Shown: positions 38,791 through 48,013 of the stretch, piece after piece | Layout: the number at the start of each line of letters is the position of its first letter | Numbering within the stretch: position 1 is the first letter of the stretch | Source of the DNA: an uncultured Nitrospinaceae bacterium | GTDB lineage: Bacteria > UBA8248 | Assembly: GCA_964558115.1 (NCBI GenBank) | Contig: CAZLCI010000002.1 | Location: 507 to 64,506 of the forward strand | Length of the DNA stretch: 64,000 nt | Reading direction: 5' to 3' | The notes under the pieces: model-generated | The model's database searches: none | Seen by the model: only the letters and a program-made list of their open reading frames with translations | What the model was told of the DNA's origin: nothing | Program-made: the position numbers and the translations under genes

Positions 38791-39236
38791 CCTGTTTCAA
38801 TTAGAGTACGATAATCAATTTGAACAATTTCACCATTTTCGTCTCTAAATTCCGTTTTAATTACTACAAAAGTCATTTCACCACCTTTTCTTCCTTTTTT
38901 CACTTCTGAAGATACAACAGAATTTTTCCCGATTAACTTCATCCCTGCAAAAATTGGTTTAACATATTCAAAACTGTATCCCCCCAATAATCTTCTTCCT
39001 AAATCAAAACCAAGATGCCTCATCGGATCATTCTCATCATCATCAAACCAAAACTGTCTCGTGAAAGTTGGAGGTGCAACTAAATTTGGATAACCAGCTT
39101 CATTCGCAGCTTCCACATCCGTATAAACAGGATCTTCTAATCCTAAAGCTTTAGCATATTCTCGAATCTTGCCTGTTTCCACGATAAACTCAAACTCTTT
39201 AAAATCTCTATCGATAACTGACTTATCAAAAGGCAT
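38787..39236 (-). CDS. hotdog-fold partner subunit of MaoC-like hydratase (paralogue)
   Basis: 149 aa; strongly similar to 36225-36692 (DFKEFEFIVETGKIREYAKALGLEDPVY… versus DFPEFEILVERGKIREYVSVLGLEDPVH…). Confidence 0.6.
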   Translation of the reverse strand: MPFDKSVIDRDFKEFEFIVETGKIREYAKALGLEDPVYTDVEAANEAGYPNLVAPPTFTRQFWFDDDENDPMRHLGFDLGRRLLGGYSFEYVKPIFAGMKLIGKNSVVSSEVKKGRKGGEMTFVVIKTEFRDENGEIVQIDYRTLIETG

Positions 39237-39281
39237 AAAAATAATTCCTTAAAAAAATTATATTATTCTAACCAATTTTAT

Positions 39282-39827
39282 TTAATCAGAAAGATTAACA
39301 ATTTTACCGTTAATTTCTAAGGTGTTTTCAATGTCTACAGGGTTTTTCAAAGTCCACTCCGCAAAACAACCACCTTTTGCATTTTTAGCAAGTTTTTTTA
39401 ACTCTGCAGGAGAAGCATCCGAATCAATCGATAAAAAAGAACGAAAACCGTTACAACCGCTCTCAACTGTTCCTTTTAAAACAGAACCTCGCAAGAAAAA
39501 GTCATATTCAATCCTGCATTTTGCTTTTTTAAAAGATATTTTCATCATGTGCGCATACCGCGCAACTTGGGTTAAAAGTCAAAAACCCACACCAAGTGCA
39601 AAATAATTTAACGGTTGTGGATATTCTCCGTCACCTCCCAATCTTGCTGGTTCATCACAATAAATTTCAAAATCTCCACTCTTACCAACTTTTAGTTGTC
39701 CTTTGCCTTCTATAGTTTCCATCTCTGCTACTATTGTGTTGACGTATCCTTGGGTGGGATGTTCTGGCTGATCAATTACTCTCTTTCCTGGAACATTACT
39801 TTGCTCTGCTGCAGTTGTCGGCTTCAA
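39282..39827 (-). CDS. OsmC/Ohr-family peroxiredoxin-like protein with an in-frame UGA (candidate selenocysteine) at the peroxidatic-Cys position
   Basis: Track ORFs 39579-39827 and 39282-39548 are in the same frame, separated only by TGA (39581-39579) plus 10 sense codons. The joined product is …IYCDEPARLGGDGEYPQPLNYFALGVGF-U-LLTQVARYAHMMKISF…AKNAKGGCFAEWTL…. It reproduces the OsmC signature DEPxxLGGxDxGPxPxELLLxALxxC (Sec replacing the first conserved Cys) and has a second Cys about 71 residues later, like the resolving Cys. Confidence 0.65.
39550..39578 (-). promoter_or_regulatory. putative bacterial SECIS hairpin downstream of the OsmC-like UGA
   Basis: The mRNA after UGA reads CUUUUAACCCAAGU-UGCGC-GGUAU-GCGCA. 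It forms a 5-6 bp G/C stem with a GGU-containing apical loop beginning 14 nt after the UGA. Confidence 0.45.
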
Positions 39828-39867
39828 TACATAAACTCCTTTTAAAGATTTAAGAAATTTTTTAATC

Positions 39868-40425
39868 TTATTTTTTTCTCCTTAATTTTCTCCATTCCCA
39901 AGGAGGAAGAGGATCATTATGACCCCAAACTCCTATCTTTTTTTTTCGCGCATTCAATTCTGCTTTTGATAAACTTAAATTATTTTTAGCGTATTTTTTA
40001 TACCACCAACAAAGCCCTTCAGAAACAAGTACTAAACCAAGGTCAATATCCTCTTCATAAAATACCTTACCTATAACTCTGCTATAACGATCAATTCCTA
40101 TCTTCTCAACCTTTACCTTCTTATTGGAGATCAATTCTTCCACTCTTTTTTTTGCCCTTACTCCACCCGGTTGCTTTATTTCAGGACAATCAATTCCATA
40201 TAAACGTATTTTAAATTTATTAAAATTTTTCTTAATATGAATTGTATCCCCATCTGACACGTATGTTACGTCACCAAAAGAAGTTTCAGAAAATAGAAAC
40301 TTAGGTGTTAGAAAAAAAAAGATTAAAAAAACAAAAAATAGAAAGAATCTCATTCGTATTTCTCTTCTAAAATAATAAGTTATAACTATTATATTTAATT
40401 TTAAAATTTTAAATACCCTTAGCAA
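39868..40425 (-). CDS. secreted thermonuclease (staphylococcal-nuclease/SNase-like)
   Basis: SNase motifs (…GDTIHIK…IRLYGIDCPE…, …RY.R..G…); hydrophobic signal peptide if started at the internal Met (MRFFLFFVFLIFFF, coordinate 40353). Confidence 0.65.
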   Translation of the reverse strand: MLRVFKILKLNIIVITYYFRREIRMRFFLFFVFLIFFFLTPKFLFSETSFGDVTYVSDGDTIHIKKNFNKFKIRLYGIDCPEIKQPGGVRAKKRVEELISNKKVKVEKIGIDRYSRVIGKVFYEEDIDLGLVLVSEGLCWWYKKYAKNNLSLSKAELNARKKKIGVWGHNDPLPPWEWRKLRRKK

Positions 40426-40512
40426 CTTAAAAGTCCTTCAATTGATTATAAGTTGTAAAAATAATATTTTTCATATAATTTTGGATTCTTCACATTATTT
40501 AAAGGAGAAACT

Positions 40513-40983
40513 ATGAAGTTTTATAAAATATGTTTTTTAGTCATTTTATCCGCTATTTTTCTAGCAAATCCGATCTTTTTGGAATCAGTATATGCACATA
40601 AAGGAAAAAAGAAATCTCGTAAAATGCTTTTAAATTTGGCATTACGACACAGCACGAGATTGGGTCTTAATATATCTCAGATTACAAAGTTAAGAAGTTT
40701 AAGAACAAATTTCAAAAAATCTAGAATAATGAATAGAGCTAAATTGGGAATTATGAGAATAGATTTAAATTTATTAATTCGAACTGAACCTATGAAAATG
40801 AAAGAAATTGAAAAGTTAGTTAAAAAATTGACATCACAAAAAGAAATTATGTGGATGGCTAAAATTGAGACTATTGCAAAAATAAAAAATATTTTGACAA
40901 ATGTGCAATTAGAAGAAATAAAAAAAATTAGGAAAAAACTTCGAAAGAGAAGAATGCGATCTCGGCAAAACAGAAAAAAATAA
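40513..40983 (+). CDS. secreted basic protein, possibly Spy/CpxP-family periplasmic chaperone-like
   Basis: 156 aa; signal peptide, then helical, Lys/Arg-rich sequence with repeated L(T/N)xxQ-like motifs (LNISQITKL, LTNVQLEEIKKI). Weak assignment. Confidence 0.35.
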   Translation: MKFYKICFLVILSAIFLANPIFLESVYAHKGKKKSRKMLLNLALRHSTRLGLNISQITKLRSLRTNFKKSRIMNRAKLGIMRIDLNLLIRTEPMKMKEIEKLVKKLTSQKEIMWMAKIETIAKIKNILTNVQLEEIKKIRKKLRKRRMRSRQNRKK

Positions 40984-41046
40984 TATCCAAAAAAAAAAGA
41001 AGAATCATAAAAGAAAAAATGTTGCACATATTTGATCGGAAATTGA

Positions 41047-42747
41047 ATGAATATAGAGTTCCAAAAAGCCTCGTGTGATGTTTTAGTCATAGGTGGCGGT
41101 GTAGCAGGTATGTTAGCGGCTATTGAAGCCAAAAAAGAAGGTGCCGAGGTTATTCTTTTAACAAAGGCAACTTTTCCCTCTGGGAGTTCGTCCATGGCAC
41201 GCGGTGGATTTTCCAGTGCACTAGGACATCAAGACAGTAGAGATAATCCTAGAGTTCACTGGAAAGATACTATAGAAGGTGGTTATGAAATCAACAATTC
41301 TAGATTAGTAGAAGTAATGACTGAAGAAGTTATCGAACGTACATTCACAATTGATTCCTGGGGTTTAGGCCTGATCAAAAAAGAAAACGGAAAATATGAC
41401 CAACGAAAAAGTGCAGATGATACATATGCTCGTTTTCTGCATTGTGCAGGGATGATCGGGAAACCTTTAATGTCTTCCTTGTCAAAAAAAGTAAAGAATT
41501 CAGGAGTAAAAGTAGAAAGTAATGTTTTTATTATTGATTTGATCTTAGAAAAAGACGGCTCTGTTGTAGGAGCTTGGGGAGTAAAACATAAAGAAGATAT
41601 TGCAATTCTCATTTCTAGTAAGAGCACGGTTCTTTGTTCTGGAGGAGCTCCACAATTACACGAAGTCAACGACTCTCCCCCTCAGGTAACCGGCGATGGA
41701 TATGCTATGGCCTTTAGAGCAGGTGCAGAGTTAGTTGATATGGAAATGATTGATTATCAGCTTATGACCGGATGGCCTAAAAAAATGATAGGTTACAACC
41801 CTTATGCAACTGGATTTATTAGAATAGGTTCACATTTAAAGAATAAAGATGGCTTTAGGTTTATGCAAAAATGGAATCCAAATGCACCAAATGAAAATTA
41901 TGAGCAAACTACACGTTCGCTTTTTAATAGAGGTGTGGGGTTTGAAATTTTCGAAGGTAGAGGCACAGAACACGGCACTGTATATATGGATGCATCACAC
42001 TGTATGAATGTAGACCATGGAGGAGAAATAGAAATAATTAAGAGAGCTTTTAAAAATCGGGGAATTGATATTTCCAAAGAACCTATGGAAGTTTGTAGTG
42101 GACCACATACTTTTTTAGGAGGAATACGAATAGACGAATTTGGAAGGACTAATATTCCGGGTTTATACGCAGGAGGAGAGGCAGGTGGTGGAATACATGG
42201 TTCAAATCGTCTTTCAGGAGCGGCGCTTGCAGATAGCTTCGTTTTTGGTTCACGTTCAGGAAAAAATGCAGCTAAAGATTCAAAGAAAATCCATTCTAAA
42301 AATGGCGTAAAAATAAATATATCAGACAAACTTTTTTTACTTTTTGACAGACTTAAGAATTCTGGAAATATGAGTGCTAAAGAGTTTCGTCTTTCTCTTC
42401 AGAAGAATGTTTTTGATAATCTTGGACAAATAAGATCTAAAGAAAGGTTGCAGATTGGACTGGAAACATTAGAAGACCTACAAAAGAATTCGGTTTCAAT
42501 AGTAAAAGATAGAGAGAAACCTACGTCTAAAATAAATGAAATTAAAAGTGTCGTTGAAACCGAGAATTTGATGGATGTTGCAAAAATGCTTGGAATTTCT
42601 GCATTAAAAAGAGAAGAAAGCCGAGGAGGTCATTATAGATATGACTTCCCAGAAACAGACAATGACAAGTGGAAAGCAAATATTATTGTCTCTAAAAATA
42701 TTGCGACAGAAGAAATGAAAACGAAAGTTAATCAAATTTCAAGATAA
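41047..42747 (+). CDS. FAD-dependent oxidoreductase of the succinate-dehydrogenase/fumarate-reductase flavoprotein (L-aspartate-oxidase-like) family, stand-alone
   Basis: 566 aa; N-terminal DVLVIGGGVAGMLAAIEA Rossmann motif, the SSMARGG and HYTMGG-like (HTFLGGIRID) motifs, the C-terminal RGGHYRYDFPE helical domain. No adjacent Fe-S subunit gene. Confidence 0.7.
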   Translation: MNIEFQKASCDVLVIGGGVAGMLAAIEAKKEGAEVILLTKATFPSGSSSMARGGFSSALGHQDSRDNPRVHWKDTIEGGYEINNSRLVEVMTEEVIERTFTIDSWGLGLIKKENGKYDQRKSADDTYARFLHCAGMIGKPLMSSLSKKVKNSGVKVESNVFIIDLILEKDGSVVGAWGVKHKEDIAILISSKSTVLCSGGAPQLHEVNDSPPQVTGDGYAMAFRAGAELVDMEMIDYQLMTGWPKKMIGYNPYATGFIRIGSHLKNKDGFRFMQKWNPNAPNENYEQTTRSLFNRGVGFEIFEGRGTEHGTVYMDASHCMNVDHGGEIEIIKRAFKNRGIDISKEPMEVCSGPHTFLGGIRIDEFGRTNIPGLYAGGEAGGGIHGSNRLSGAALADSFVFGSRSGKNAAKDSKKIHSKNGVKINISDKLFLLFDRLKNSGNMSAKEFRLSLQKNVFDNLGQIRSKERLQIGLETLEDLQKNSVSIVKDREKPTSKINEIKSVVETENLMDVAKMLGISALKREESRGGHYRYDFPETDNDKWKANIIVSKNIATEEMKTKVNQISR

Positions 42748-42782
42748 GACTATTCGTAGAATTTTTGAATAAAACTCAATTT

Positions 42783-43886
42783 TTATCTATTTTTTTGAAT
42801 AAACTTACAAAGGACATCTCCAACTTCCTTTGTTTTTAAATGCCCACCAAGATCTCCGGTAACAGATTTCTCTCTAATTGCATTTTTAACTGCACTTAGA
42901 ATAATTTCTGCAGAAGCATCATAACCCAAAGTGCCAAGAAGAATACGGGCAGTAAGAGTTGTTGCGAATGGATTGGCAATACCCTTCAATGCGATATCTG
43001 GTGCAGTACCGTGAACAGGCTCAAACATAGAAACTTTTCCTGGGTGAATACATCCTGAAGGAGCCATGCCAACTCCTCCTACAAGACCCGCACATACATC
43101 ACTTAAAATATCACCATACATATTATTAGTGACAATCACAGAAAAATCTTCAGGATGTTGGATTAGATCCATACACAAAGTATCTATAAAATAATGTTCT
43201 CCTTCTACGTCAGGAAACTCATCATTAATTTGCCAGAAGACTCTCTGCCACAAATCATGTGCATGGACTAGAGAACCGAATTTATCAGCCATCGTTACTT
43301 TTGGATAGTTATGTTTTTTTGCATATTCAAATGCATATCTACATATTCTTTCTACTCCTTTATAAGTATTTACATCTTCTTGAATAGCCACCTCATCTTT
43401 TGTTCCTTTTTTAAAATTTCCTCCAAGTCTAACCATCACACCCTCAGTATTTTCGCGCATTACTGTCAAATCTATAGGAACTTCTTTTCGCAATGGACTA
43501 AAACTAGGATCAAACAAAAAAGCAGGGCGTAAGTTTACATAAAGATCCAACTCTAAACGAAGTGCTCTAAGAAGATCTCTACAATTTACATCTGGAGGAA
43601 TACGAGGATCCAAACCTGCACTACCAAACAAAATGGCATCGTGTTTACTTGCAAGATCGTGAACTAATGCAGGAACATCCTCCGGAAGAGGGGAACCTTC
43701 CTCAAGGTATCTCAATGCTCCATAGTTATATACTGTAGGATCAACTTGAACTTTATCTGCAAGAGCTGCCTCTTTCATCACTTCTGTTACAACAGGTAAA
43801 ACATCATGACCAACCCCGTCACCTAAGATAACTGCTAATGAAAGCTTTTTCTCATTCATAATTCTCTCTCTAAAGATGTTTAACAA
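42783..43886 (-). CDS. isocitrate/isopropylmalate/tartrate dehydrogenase-family beta-decarboxylating dehydrogenase
   Basis: 367 aa; the family pattern (…LAVILGDGVG…, …NLRP…, …MRENTEG…, …GS.G.AP…). Confidence 0.8.
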   Translation of the reverse strand: MLNIFRERIMNEKKLSLAVILGDGVGHDVLPVVTEVMKEAALADKVQVDPTVYNYGALRYLEEGSPLPEDVPALVHDLASKHDAILFGSAGLDPRIPPDVNCRDLLRALRLELDLYVNLRPAFLFDPSFSPLRKEVPIDLTVMRENTEGVMVRLGGNFKKGTKDEVAIQEDVNTYKGVERICRYAFEYAKKHNYPKVTMADKFGSLVHAHDLWQRVFWQINDEFPDVEGEHYFIDTLCMDLIQHPEDFSVIVTNNMYGDILSDVCAGLVGGVGMAPSGCIHPGKVSMFEPVHGTAPDIALKGIANPFATTLTARILLGTLGYDASAEIILSAVKNAIREKSVTGDLGGHLKTKEVGDVLCKFIQKNR

Positions 43887-45045
43887 CTTTCATTCTTTGA
43901 ACTGCATCCCCAGCTAAATGGGTCCATACTGCACCATCTCTTTGTAATTTTTCTGCTCCAACATCTTTCATAACACCTGCACCACCATGAATATCAACAT
44001 TCAAACAGGTAACTCTTTGTATAACATCAGAGGAAAAATTCATACAAAGTATTCCGTGTCTAGGGTCACGTTTAGTTCCTTCTTCACTATCACAAGCTGT
44101 TCTCATAACATAGGACCTTAAGGCTTCAGTAAGCATATGCATTTCAGCAAGTTTTAATTGGATTGCTTGATGCTCTATAATATAATTTCCACCCTGCCAT
44201 CTCGTCCTAGCATGATTCATAGCCATATCACATGCTGCCTGACATACTCCCATAGCATTAGCAGCTAATTCCAAATCATTAAATTCGGAGGTGTCGCCCT
44301 TTCTAACTTTAATACCTTCATTAACTCCTCCAACCATATTCGTATGCGGAACCCGAGCATTCTCAAAAATCAATTCAGCATTTTGGTAAAAACGCCAACC
44401 CGTTTTATCGTATACTTTTCCAACTCTAAATCCAGGAGTATCTGTTGGAACTAAAAAAAGAGTCGATCCATCTGCAATTTTTACCGAAGGATCTGTTCTA
44501 GCATCTATAAAGAAAAGTTTAGCAACACTACCATTGGCAATATAGCGTTTTGTGCCATTTAAAATCCAATCATCTCCATCTCTCTCAGCTTTCAGCATCC
44601 AACCCGTTGAAGGATCATCAGGTTGCAAACGATTATCTGAACCTGCAGCAGGTTCAGTACCACCCTTTCCTAATAAATAAGTATCATCAGCAATAAATGG
44701 TTTAAGAAATCTTTCCTTCTGATCTTCTGTACAAATAGCCGAAATCAAATGACTCCACTTCCAGCACTGACTAAATGTCTTTGATATAGCACTATCACCA
44801 CGTGCAAGTTCTTCCATTACCAAAACCTGAGTGACGAAATCTATTCCATGGCCACCCCATTCTTTAGCAACCACGGCAGTTCTAAAACCTAATGCAGAGC
44901 CTTTCTTTATAATCTCCCAGTCAAACGTTTCTCTAGGATCTAGAATCTGATCTCTTTCTAGAGATATAGGTTTGATTTCTTCCTCTGCAAATTTTCTAGC
45001 TTTCATCTGCCAAGATATTTGTTCATCATTCAATTTAAAATCCAT
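43870..45045 (-). CDS. acyl-CoA dehydrogenase
   Basis: 391 aa; acyl-CoA dehydrogenase N/M/C domain pattern (…GGTEPAAGSD…, …QIHGGAG…). Confidence 0.8.
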   Translation of the reverse strand: MDFKLNDEQISWQMKARKFAEEEIKPISLERDQILDPRETFDWEIIKKGSALGFRTAVVAKEWGGHGIDFVTQVLVMEELARGDSAISKTFSQCWKWSHLISAICTEDQKERFLKPFIADDTYLLGKGGTEPAAGSDNRLQPDDPSTGWMLKAERDGDDWILNGTKRYIANGSVAKLFFIDARTDPSVKIADGSTLFLVPTDTPGFRVGKVYDKTGWRFYQNAELIFENARVPHTNMVGGVNEGIKVRKGDTSEFNDLELAANAMGVCQAACDMAMNHARTRWQGGNYIIEHQAIQLKLAEMHMLTEALRSYVMRTACDSEEGTKRDPRHGILCMNFSSDVIQRVTCLNVDIHGGAGVMKDVGAEKLQRDGAVWTHLAGDAVQRMKVVKHL

Positions 45046-45081
45046 TATTAAGTACTCCTATTCTGATTAACAATTTTCAAT

Positions 45082-46683
45082 TTAACTATTTAAGGATGGT
45101 TTAGGAACTTGAGACCACCATTTATCAATCTTTAAATCTTCACAAATTGCATTCGCTGCATTATAACCCGGGGCTCCATTAAGACCACCCCCATGGCAAC
45201 TAGATCCACATAAATAAAATTTCTCTAATGGTGTCCTCATTCCAGAAAGTAAAGGATGTGGACGATTAATACCCAATTGATTCGAGGTATAAGCTCCCAT
45301 TCTAACCGCACCCTCTACAATATTCTTATTTCTAATATTTAAGTCATTGGGAGAATATAATTTTGCAACACGTATAGTATCACTCTTTAAATTAGGAGCA
45401 TATTCACTCCATATATCAATTAATTGTTGTGTGACTGATTCCTTAATCTCATTCCATTTTTCCGGAGAATTTCCGTCTATTCTATAGGGAGCACCAGGCC
45501 ACCAGAACGCAACATGCCCACCTTCAGGAGCATAACTTGAATCAAATAGGCTATTACATGCGCCGTTTCCCATTGGCATGGAAGGAAATTTTCCACTTCG
45601 CCTTTCCTCAGTATTTTTTGAGACTTCCTCATCTGTATCAGCACCAAAGATTATATTAAAAGATTTTCCTACATCAGGATCATATTTCTCTGCTAAATAT
45701 TTCGGAGCCTCACTGAGAGCTAAATGTAATGTCATCAGGGAATGAAATCCCCAATCCCAATTATTCATTTTTTCATTAACTTCCTCCGGAAAAGCATCCT
45801 CTCCTACAATACGAATTGAAGAAGGAGCATTTAAACCACTTGCAATAAATGAACTTGCAGCAATCTTTGTACCATTTCCAAGAACTACTCCTCCAGCATT
45901 TCCATTTTCGCGATAAACTTCCTCTACATTACAATCTCTAAAGACTTCACCTCCATATGATCTAATTAATTTCTCTAAAGATTTCGGTAATTCAAGTGCA
46001 CCCCCAACAGAAAGGCCTAAAGTAGTTTGCGATGAAAAAAGACTAGGTAAAAACATTCCTGTTCCTGGTTCATCTTCTACAGTAATTGCATGAGCAAATA
46101 ATTTAAACAATGTTCGCATTTTGGGATGCTCAAAATAGGCATCTACTGCTTCTCCAATACTCATTTTTGCGAAAGAGAGTAACTCTTTTCCCTTTTCCCC
46201 CTTAATTCTATTTCCAATTTCTTCAGGTGCTAGTGGGGCATGAAAAAGAAAACTTCGTAAAAGAGGACCTAATTCTATTGCATATCGCTCGAACAAATAT
46301 CTATAGGATTCTGCATCGTTCTTTGAGATTCGAGAAATTGAGGAAACGCTTTTATCTACATCTCTATGAAGAACTACTGATGTGCGATCTCTATAAAGAG
46401 CAGCATGTTGAACTTCCGGAGTTACCCATTTAAATCCATAGTTAGATAATTCCAAATCATTAACTATTGGAAAATCTTCTAATCCAATAAAAAAATTAGC
46501 ATGCATATTGGATTTATAGCCAGGAAGGAGAAATTCTTCAGTTGATGCGGCACCACCTATTTCTGGTTCTGATTCGAAAACAGCAATCTTAAGACCACAT
46601 TTTGCCATATAAGCAGCACAAACTAGACTGTTATGACCAGCCCCAATTAAAATACCGTCATATTTATCCACTTTAACCTCCAT
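45082..46683 (-). CDS. FAD/NAD(P)-binding oxidoreductase (phytoene-desaturase/amine-oxidase-like, COG1233-type)
   Basis: 533 aa; N-terminal dinucleotide-binding motif (DGILIGAGHNSLVCAAYMAKCGLKIAVFE) and a C-terminal GGG…G motif. Confidence 0.7.
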   Translation of the reverse strand: MEVKVDKYDGILIGAGHNSLVCAAYMAKCGLKIAVFESEPEIGGAASTEEFLLPGYKSNMHANFFIGLEDFPIVNDLELSNYGFKWVTPEVQHAALYRDRTSVVLHRDVDKSVSSISRISKNDAESYRYLFERYAIELGPLLRSFLFHAPLAPEEIGNRIKGEKGKELLSFAKMSIGEAVDAYFEHPKMRTLFKLFAHAITVEDEPGTGMFLPSLFSSQTTLGLSVGGALELPKSLEKLIRSYGGEVFRDCNVEEVYRENGNAGGVVLGNGTKIAASSFIASGLNAPSSIRIVGEDAFPEEVNEKMNNWDWGFHSLMTLHLALSEAPKYLAEKYDPDVGKSFNIIFGADTDEEVSKNTEERRSGKFPSMPMGNGACNSLFDSSYAPEGGHVAFWWPGAPYRIDGNSPEKWNEIKESVTQQLIDIWSEYAPNLKSDTIRVAKLYSPNDLNIRNKNIVEGAVRMGAYTSNQLGINRPHPLLSGMRTPLEKFYLCGSSCHGGGLNGAPGYNAANAICEDLKIDKWWSQVPKPSLNS

Positions 46684-46734
46684 TTGGTTAAATTAGATCT
46701 AATACAGTCGAAATCTAAAAAATAGATAATATAA

Positions 46735-47859
46735 CTATTTCGTTAGTTCAAATTGTAATTCTTCAGGTTCAATCGGGAGAGCTAACGGTGCCTCCATTTT
46801 TGCAGACAAATCACAGGCCATTGTTAACATTAAATTTCTATGCCCTTCCTCAGCAGTGCAATGAGGTGTGTCTACTCCTGCATATATTCTTGCAAGCCAA
46901 GAATTTGTTTCTTCACGCATAGGACCCCAGAACTGCCCTCTTGAAATATCACCAGGTGGATAACTAGCTAGAAAGTTAACATGTCTTTCGTCACCACGAT
47001 GAGCAACCCAAGGTTTTTCTGTAGCCATAACCATATCTCTATGTGTATCGTCAATAGTAAGAACTCCACCCGTTCCAACTATTCCAATTTCTAAACTATA
47101 AGTTGAAGCAGGCCATACAACCGGCAAACCCCAACTACAAGACATACTCCATAAAGTACCATCCTCAAAAGTGAAAATACTGTAGGTAGAGTCATGAGTA
47201 CCCAGACCAGTTAGAGCCTTCGCAACCGAACGAGCATATATTTCAGTAGGTTTCTTCCCTTCACCTAAGACCCAAAGTATAACGTCTAATGCATGAGTTC
47301 CAGAAATCACCATTGGAGTTAACAAAGAACGATCTTCGTTAGCCTCTAAACGCGTTATGCCAACCATTCTATTCAAAAATGCCCTAGTTGTTGCAGATGT
47401 AATATCTCCTAATTGACCAGAGGCTACTTGCTCTCTAGCAACTAACCATTTTCTCCTAAACCTTTGTGTATAACCAACAACCAGATCTATTTTCTCGTCT
47501 TGTGCTGCTTTAACTATTTTTGCAGATTCAACTACATTAGTAGCTAGAGGTTTTTCTGCAATGATTCTATGTCCATGTTCTATAGATTCAAAAAGCGTTT
47601 CTGCATGTACGTTTTCATCGGTAGCAAGAACAGCAGAATTAACTTCTGGTCTTCTTAATAACTCCCGATAATCGGTCGTAAAAAAATCTGCATTTAAATC
47701 TTCAGCTAGCTGTTTGCCTTTTTTTTCATCAATATCACAACAACCAATCCATTCTGTACCAGGATATTCTAATGCACAACGCCCTCTAATTCTTCCGACA
47801 CGACCACAACCTACAATTGCCAATCCAATTGGAGTCTTTGTTTTATCATTCGCTGGCAC
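46735..47859 (-). CDS. Gfo/Idh/MocA-family NAD(P)-dependent oxidoreductase
   Basis: 374 aa; N-terminal Rossmann (IGLAIVGCGRVGRIR), the EKP motif (AEKPLA). Confidence 0.8.
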   Translation of the reverse strand: MPANDKTKTPIGLAIVGCGRVGRIRGRCALEYPGTEWIGCCDIDEKKGKQLAEDLNADFFTTDYRELLRRPEVNSAVLATDENVHAETLFESIEHGHRIIAEKPLATNVVESAKIVKAAQDEKIDLVVGYTQRFRRKWLVAREQVASGQLGDITSATTRAFLNRMVGITRLEANEDRSLLTPMVISGTHALDVILWVLGEGKKPTEIYARSVAKALTGLGTHDSTYSIFTFEDGTLWSMSCSWGLPVVWPASTYSLEIGIVGTGGVLTIDDTHRDMVMATEKPWVAHRGDERHVNFLASYPPGDISRGQFWGPMREETNSWLARIYAGVDTPHCTAEEGHRNLMLTMACDLSAKMEAPLALPIEPEELQFELTK

Positions 47860-48013
47860 TTTCTTTTTCCTCCATTTTATGCAAAAAAATATACATACAT
47901 TTTTTCAAGTAAGTTTAGACACATTGGTAATATTTATGTAACAAGTATATTGCAAATCATACACAAAATATAATTAAAATTGAGAAAATAAATTAATTTT
48001 TAAGGAGAGACCT

